A stretch of 8,636 nt of DNA. It comes from an archaeon (GTDB lineage: Archaea > Iainarchaeota > Iainarchaeia > Iainarchaeales > CSSED10-239). Shown here piece after piece: positions 4,927 to 8,636 of the stretch. A program made the position numbers and the translations under genes. Numbering within the stretch: the first letter of the stretch is position 1; every line of letters starts with the position of its first letter. The notes below the pieces were generated by a model, which did no database searches, was not told where the DNA came from, and worked only from the letters and a program-made list of their open reading frames with translations. The stretch covers positions 1,285 to 9,920 of the forward strand of contig DAOOON010000016.1 of the NCBI GenBank assembly GCA_035387745.1. The letters are read 5' to 3'.

Positions 4927-6105
4927 ATGATTACATTACAGAATCTGATAATAAAGATTGCAGAGCTTCAAAAAAAGCACAATTACTATATTCTTATAGC
5001 AGTAGTGTTAATTACTGTATTTATGGTTATTGGTGCAACCAGATTAGAAATGCAAGGCGACTTAAGTAAAGAAATGCCTCAAGAATTACCAATCTTTAAA
5101 CTTAATGAAAGAATTTCTGATAAATTTGGAGGGCAAGATATTATTCTTGTTGTTCTAGAAGTAGAAAACAATAGCAATTCTAAGTCTGCAGTAAATGATT
5201 TAAGAGATCCAAGAGTTATAACCTATTTGAAAGATTTAGAAGCAAGTCTAAAGCAAACAACAACAATTGAAAATGCATATTCTGTTGGAACTTTTTTACA
5301 AGGCTATAATTTTGAAGACACAACACAAGTTTCGAATTTTTTGTCAAGGTCGCCACAGACTTTGGATTTCTATAGCAAGGATTATAAGCTTACAGCAATG
5401 TATGTTACAACCGATGTAGGGTCTGGGCAGGATAAAATAATTGCTACCACTAACTTAATTACTGAAAAAATAAATTCTTTGTCTATGCCTCCGGGAATAA
5501 AAGTCACAGTAACTGGTAATGCTCCAATGAGTAATACTCTTTTAGATATTTTAAAGAAAGATGCAATTTTTACTTTGCTTCTAGCAGCACTAATAATACT
5601 AATAATTTTAATGATTACAGAAAAATCCATACCAAAAGGATTAGTTGTATTTACACCTTTATTTTTTGGGATAATTTGGACAATTGGAACTATGGGTTGG
5701 CTTAATATTAAATTATCTGTTGCAACCGTTGGAATAGGTGCAATGATTTTAGGACTTGGCGTAGAATATGGCGTATTCATGCTTTCAAGATACAAAGAAG
5801 AAAGAGACAAAGGCAAAACACAGCTTGAGACACTAAAAATTGCTGTGCCTTCTGTAGGGATATCAATAATGGGTTCTGCAACAACCACGATTGTTGGTTT
5901 TTTAGCATTAACTTCTTCAGTCATGCCAATGCTTCAACATCTAGGCATTTCTTTAGCTTTAGGTATTTTCTATTGTTTTTTAGCAGCACTATTTATTGAA
6001 CCAGTAATTATTATTAAAATGGAAGAATGGGAATATCATTTAGCCAACAAACTACACGAAAGGTTTGCTAAAATGAAAGCTTCTGCAAAAGGTGATTTAG
6101 ATTGA
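4927..6105 (+). CDS. RND-superfamily exporter, MMPL/COG1033-like, N-terminal half-transporter (1 TM + extracytoplasmic domain + 5 TM), 392 aa
   Basis: Topology read from the translation: TM at YYILIAVVLITVFMVIGA, a soluble domain of about 170 aa (FGGQDIILVVLEVE...), then a 5-helix bundle containing GLGVEYGVFMLSRYKEE (E280-Y281, 5764-5769). This is the position of the charged TM4 proton-relay motif of MMPL/HpnN-type RND proteins. Confidence 0.85.
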   Translation: MITLQNLIIKIAELQKKHNYYILIAVVLITVFMVIGATRLEMQGDLSKEMPQELPIFKLNERISDKFGGQDIILVVLEVENNSNSKSAVNDLRDPRVITYLKDLEASLKQTTTIENAYSVGTFLQGYNFEDTTQVSNFLSRSPQTLDFYSKDYKLTAMYVTTDVGSGQDKIIATTNLITEKINSLSMPPGIKVTVTGNAPMSNTLLDILKKDAIFTLLLAALIILIILMITEKSIPKGLVVFTPLFFGIIWTIGTMGWLNIKLSVATVGIGAMILGLGVEYGVFMLSRYKEERDKGKTQLETLKIAVPSVGISIMGSATTTIVGFLALTSSVMPMLQHLGISLALGIFYCFLAALFIEPVIIIKMEEWEYHLANKLHERFAKMKASAKGDLD

Positions 6106-7241
6106 GTCTAATAAATAAGATTGTAGAAGCCTATTCTAAATTTGTTTCAAGAAATTTGTGGTTAATGGTAATTATTGTTTTAATAATCACAGGAATTTCT
6201 GCGTATTTTTCTTCAACAATAACCACTAAGAATATGGATTATAGAGATATGCTCCCTGAAGACAGAGACACCATACATGCGCTTTTTGCAATTGAAGAAG
6301 GCCTTGGTGGAACAGAAACTGCAATGATTGCAATAGAATTGGATTCGCAATATGCTAATTCAAATGAAAGTAGAGATATAAGAGAACTGGAGATTTTAGA
6401 ATATATAGATAAATTAAGTAAATTGTCTGACGAAATAGAAGATGTAGAGTCGGTGTCAAGTATTACAACAATAATGAGGGCATCAAATAACAGGGAATTA
6501 CCTAAATCAAAAACAGAAATTAATAACTTTATTTCTAATAACCCGCAATCTAATCAATATGTAAGTAGCGATTATCAGATGGCTCTTATAAGACTTAGAT
6601 TAAGAGATGATTTTGATGATAAGCAAATATTAAAAGAAATAGAAGACACCATTTCTTTAATTCCAAAAGAAGAAGGTGTAGTTGTAAGTCCTGCTGGTCA
6701 GGCATTAACAAGTGCAGCAGTAAATAATGAGATCGGAGGAGATATCGCAAAGACTGGGCAACTTTCAATGATTGGAATAATTATAATTTTACTTTTATTA
6801 TTTAGATCAATAATTTTTGGTTTAACTCCTCTGTCTACAATTTTAATAGGAGTCGTTTGGGCATTTGGATATTTGGGACTAACAGGAATCGGCATAAGCT
6901 CAATAACCTCTGGTGCAATTTCTATGATTATGGGAGTAGGAATTGATTTTGGTATACAGATAGTCAACAGATTTAAAGAAGAACTTCAAAAAACAAAAGA
7001 GGAAGCAAAAGCAATGGAGATTACTTTAAACAATGTAATTATTCCAATGGGTACAACAACTATATCTGCACTTATCGGTTTTACAGCTATGTCTATGGGT
7101 GAATTAACAGTTATGAAAGATCTGGGCAGCATATTAAGTTATGGAATAGCCGCTTGTTTTTTAGCGTCCATTTCTATTGTTCCAGTATTGCTAATATTAA
7201 TTTTAAGATTTTATAAAAAAATAAAGGAGAGAAAAAAATGA
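6102..7241 (+). CDS. RND-superfamily exporter, MMPL/COG1033-like, C-terminal half-transporter, 379 aa
   Basis: Same architecture as the upstream gene: TM LWLMVIIVLIITGISAYF, a soluble domain LGGTETAMIAIELD..., and a 5-TM bundle with GVGIDFGIQIVNRFKEE (D282-F283, 6945-6950). Start is TTG 6102, overlapping the upstream TGA (TTGA). AAGGTGAT (6089-6096) sits 5 nt upstream. An in-frame TGA at 6093-6095 excludes any earlier start. Confidence 0.8.
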   Translation: MSLINKIVEAYSKFVSRNLWLMVIIVLIITGISAYFSSTITTKNMDYRDMLPEDRDTIHALFAIEEGLGGTETAMIAIELDSQYANSNESRDIRELEILEYIDKLSKLSDEIEDVESVSSITTIMRASNNRELPKSKTEINNFISNNPQSNQYVSSDYQMALIRLRLRDDFDDKQILKEIEDTISLIPKEEGVVVSPAGQALTSAAVNNEIGGDIAKTGQLSMIGIIIILLLLFRSIIFGLTPLSTILIGVVWAFGYLGLTGIGISSITSGAISMIMGVGIDFGIQIVNRFKEELQKTKEEAKAMEITLNNVIIPMGTTTISALIGFTAMSMGELTVMKDLGSILSYGIAACFLASISIVPVLLILILRFYKKIKERKK

Positions 7242-8494
7242 ATAAGAAATATAGTTTTATAGTTTATGCAAGTTTATTATTGCTTATAGGTTTGTTAATA
7301 AAACCAATTTATGCAGCAGATGATCTAGACACCGCTTCATTAAAAGTAACGCTTCTTAATCAAGACCCTGACCCTGCAGAGCCAGGAGAATATGTAGATA
7401 TTAGATTTAAAGTTGAAAAGTTTGGTAACAACCCATTAACAAATATTTCTTTTGTACTTGAGCCAGAATATCCTTTCTTGTTTGATGATTCTGATGTTCC
7501 TGAAAGAAATATTGGCACCATCAAATATGCAAGCGGAGATGATTGGTACTATAATCTAAAATACAAATTAAAAGTAGACTCTGAAGCACTAGAAGGAACT
7601 TATGATTTAAAGCTAAAATATGAAGTAAACAACTCAAATGTAAAAAACATAGTTGAATTTAATATTGCAGTAGGAGATGCCACAAAACCTGATTTTGTTG
7701 CAGGAAACATAATCTCAAGCCCAACAAAATTAGTTCCTGATACTGACTCTGCACAATTAAATATTGAGATAAGTAATATAGGAGACGAAGATGCACAAAA
7801 TGTCGTAGCAAAACTTAATTTACCAACAGAATTAATCCCAACATATAGCTACTCAGACAGATCAAATCTTGCAACAATAGCAAGCGGCACAAGCAAAGTT
7901 GCAATTTTCTATTTAGATGTAGATAAGATTGCAGAATCAAAAATATATTCTGTTCCGTTAATTATAACCTATAAAGAAAAGAACGATAACACAAACGAGT
8001 ATAAAACAAAAACAATAAATATCGAAATTCCAATAAAAGAAAAGCCAGTATTTAAGGTTACACAAATAATTACAGAGCCAGTAAATGCTGCTCCAGGAGA
8101 CAAAGTAAAAATAATAATTAATTTACAAAATACAGGTAAAGATGCAGAAGCAGTTTCTTTAAAGTTATATAAGGAATCAAGCCAGCCAATAACATTCGAT
8201 GAAAAAACCGACTATATTGGAACCCTAGATAAAGGGGAAACCGGAACCGGAATAATAAGTTTAGAAATAGACAAAGATGCAGAACTTAAAGACTATCTTC
8301 TAGATTTAGAGATTAGAGCCATAGATGGCGAACAAGTAATTGTTCAAAATGAGACCATATCTTTAAAGGTTTCTAAATCTAATAAGCAGTTGTCTATTAT
8401 CTGGATGGTTTTTGGAATTGTAATTTTAGTTTCTGCAGCTGCAGGTTTTTATTTCTATAACAAATCCAAAGAAGATAAGAAGAAAAAGAAATAA
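7238..8494 (+). CDS. Secreted, C-terminally membrane-anchored surface protein with three CARDB/COG1361 (S-layer-domain-like) repeats, 418 aa
   Basis: Signal peptide MNKKYSFIVYASLLLLIGLLIKPIYA|ADD. Three modules of about 110 aa share the pattern P..(A)EPG(D/E)...I.I.v.N.G...A.NV...L, then G.L..G....f.l.V...A..G.Y.l.l.i.Y (residues about 35-145, 150-265, 270-380). C-terminal TM LSIIWMVFGIVILVSAAAGFYFY plus a KSKEDKKKKK tail. GGAG lies 8 nt upstream, and the ATG overlaps the upstream TGA (ATGA). Confidence 0.75.
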   Translation: MNKKYSFIVYASLLLLIGLLIKPIYAADDLDTASLKVTLLNQDPDPAEPGEYVDIRFKVEKFGNNPLTNISFVLEPEYPFLFDDSDVPERNIGTIKYASGDDWYYNLKYKLKVDSEALEGTYDLKLKYEVNNSNVKNIVEFNIAVGDATKPDFVAGNIISSPTKLVPDTDSAQLNIEISNIGDEDAQNVVAKLNLPTELIPTYSYSDRSNLATIASGTSKVAIFYLDVDKIAESKIYSVPLIITYKEKNDNTNEYKTKTINIEIPIKEKPVFKVTQIITEPVNAAPGDKVKIIINLQNTGKDAEAVSLKLYKESSQPITFDEKTDYIGTLDKGETGTGIISLEIDKDAELKDYLLDLEIRAIDGEQVIVQNETISLKVSKSNKQLSIIWMVFGIVILVSAAAGFYFYNKSKEDKKKKK

Positions 8495-8508
8495 TTTCTT
8501 TTTCTTTT
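8478..8508 (+). terminator. 14-bp hairpin whose 3-nt loop is the TAA stop codon; the 3' arm is a T-rich tract
   Basis: AGAAGAAAAAGAAA (8478-8491) pairs with TTTCTTTTTCTTTT (8495-8508): 13 Watson-Crick pairs and 1 G-U, including G8488-C8498 and G8482-C8504. The loop TAA is at 8492-8494. Confidence 0.5.
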
Positions 8509-8587
8509 AAACAATATCTTTATACTATTTTTCTTTCATAATTTTATTATGAATTACTTATATTTAGATATCGAAACTTGTCCAAGA

Positions 8588-8624
8588 GCTTTTCTTCAAA
8601 AGAAAGCCTCGGAAAAGAACGAGG
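8588..8624 (+). other. Two adjacent hairpins upstream of a possible gene start at the window edge
   Basis: First hairpin: GCTTTTCTT-CAA-AAGAAAGC (8588-8607), 8 bp with one bulged T, the same motif as 1439-1456 and 2191-2211. Second hairpin: CCTCG-N8-CGAGG (8607-8624). Its 3' arm overlaps a GAGGTG SD-like element (8621-8626) lying 5 nt before ATG 8632. Confidence 0.3.
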
Positions 8625-8636
8625 TGTTTTTATGAA

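Noticed and set aside
5382-6967. Antisense ORFs 5382..5924(-) and 6698..6967(-) inside the MMPL half-transporter genes
   Set aside because: Their hydrophobic, Ile/Pro-rich translations are the typical mirror-image artefact of antisense reading through membrane-protein genes. There is no SD or start context.
4927-7241. Interpreting the two half-transporters as SecD/SecF
   Set aside because: They have equal sizes and mutually homologous loop domains with COG1033-style FGG/LGG...vvv.E/D motifs. I did not see the characteristic SecD P1-head features, and SecF would be expected to be shorter. MMPL/COG1033 fits better, though an HMM search should confirm this.
1-8636. CRISPR arrays, transposases/IS elements, integrases, toxin-antitoxin pairs or other defence genes
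   Set aside because: No spaced direct-repeat array, terminal inverted repeats with a transposase ORF, or small paired ORFs were found on either strand. All sizeable ORFs are accounted for by housekeeping or envelope functions.

Overview
AT-rich window (about 30% GC). It contains a TrmB-family regulator, a COG1361/CARDB-type surface protein, TATA-like boxes about 25 nt upstream of starts, tRNAs without encoded CCA and GGTGA/GGAG-type SD sites. Together these suggest a small-genome archaeon, plausibly DPANN-like (inference only). Left to right: the 5' part of pyrG (CTP synthase, minus strand, runs off the left edge); an unusually GC-rich (about 47%) roughly 165-nt non-coding stretch with several hairpins; tRNA-Ser(UGA); a standalone Trbp111/CsaA-like tRNA-binding-domain protein followed by a small His-containing 2-TM protein; a near-identical paralogous tRNA-Ser(GGA); a divergent pair of mechanosensitive channels (MscS family on the minus strand, MscL on the plus strand), with a KTSC-domain protein directly behind mscL. 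The right half is a tight plus-strand cluster: a TrmB-like regulator (apparently leaderless, with an 8-bp-arm palindrome abutting its TATA box), two half-size RND/MMPL (COG1033-like) exporter genes joined by a TTGA overlap, and a secreted, C-terminally anchored protein with three CARDB/COG1361-type repeats joined by an ATGA overlap. No CRISPR array, transposase or rRNA was seen. The items most worth follow-up are the GC-rich candidate ncRNA upstream of tRNA-Ser and the TrmB / split-MMPL / CARDB surface-protein operon. Several supplied ORFs are judged spurious (antisense or overlapping tRNAs), and three supplied start coordinates were revised using SD spacing.
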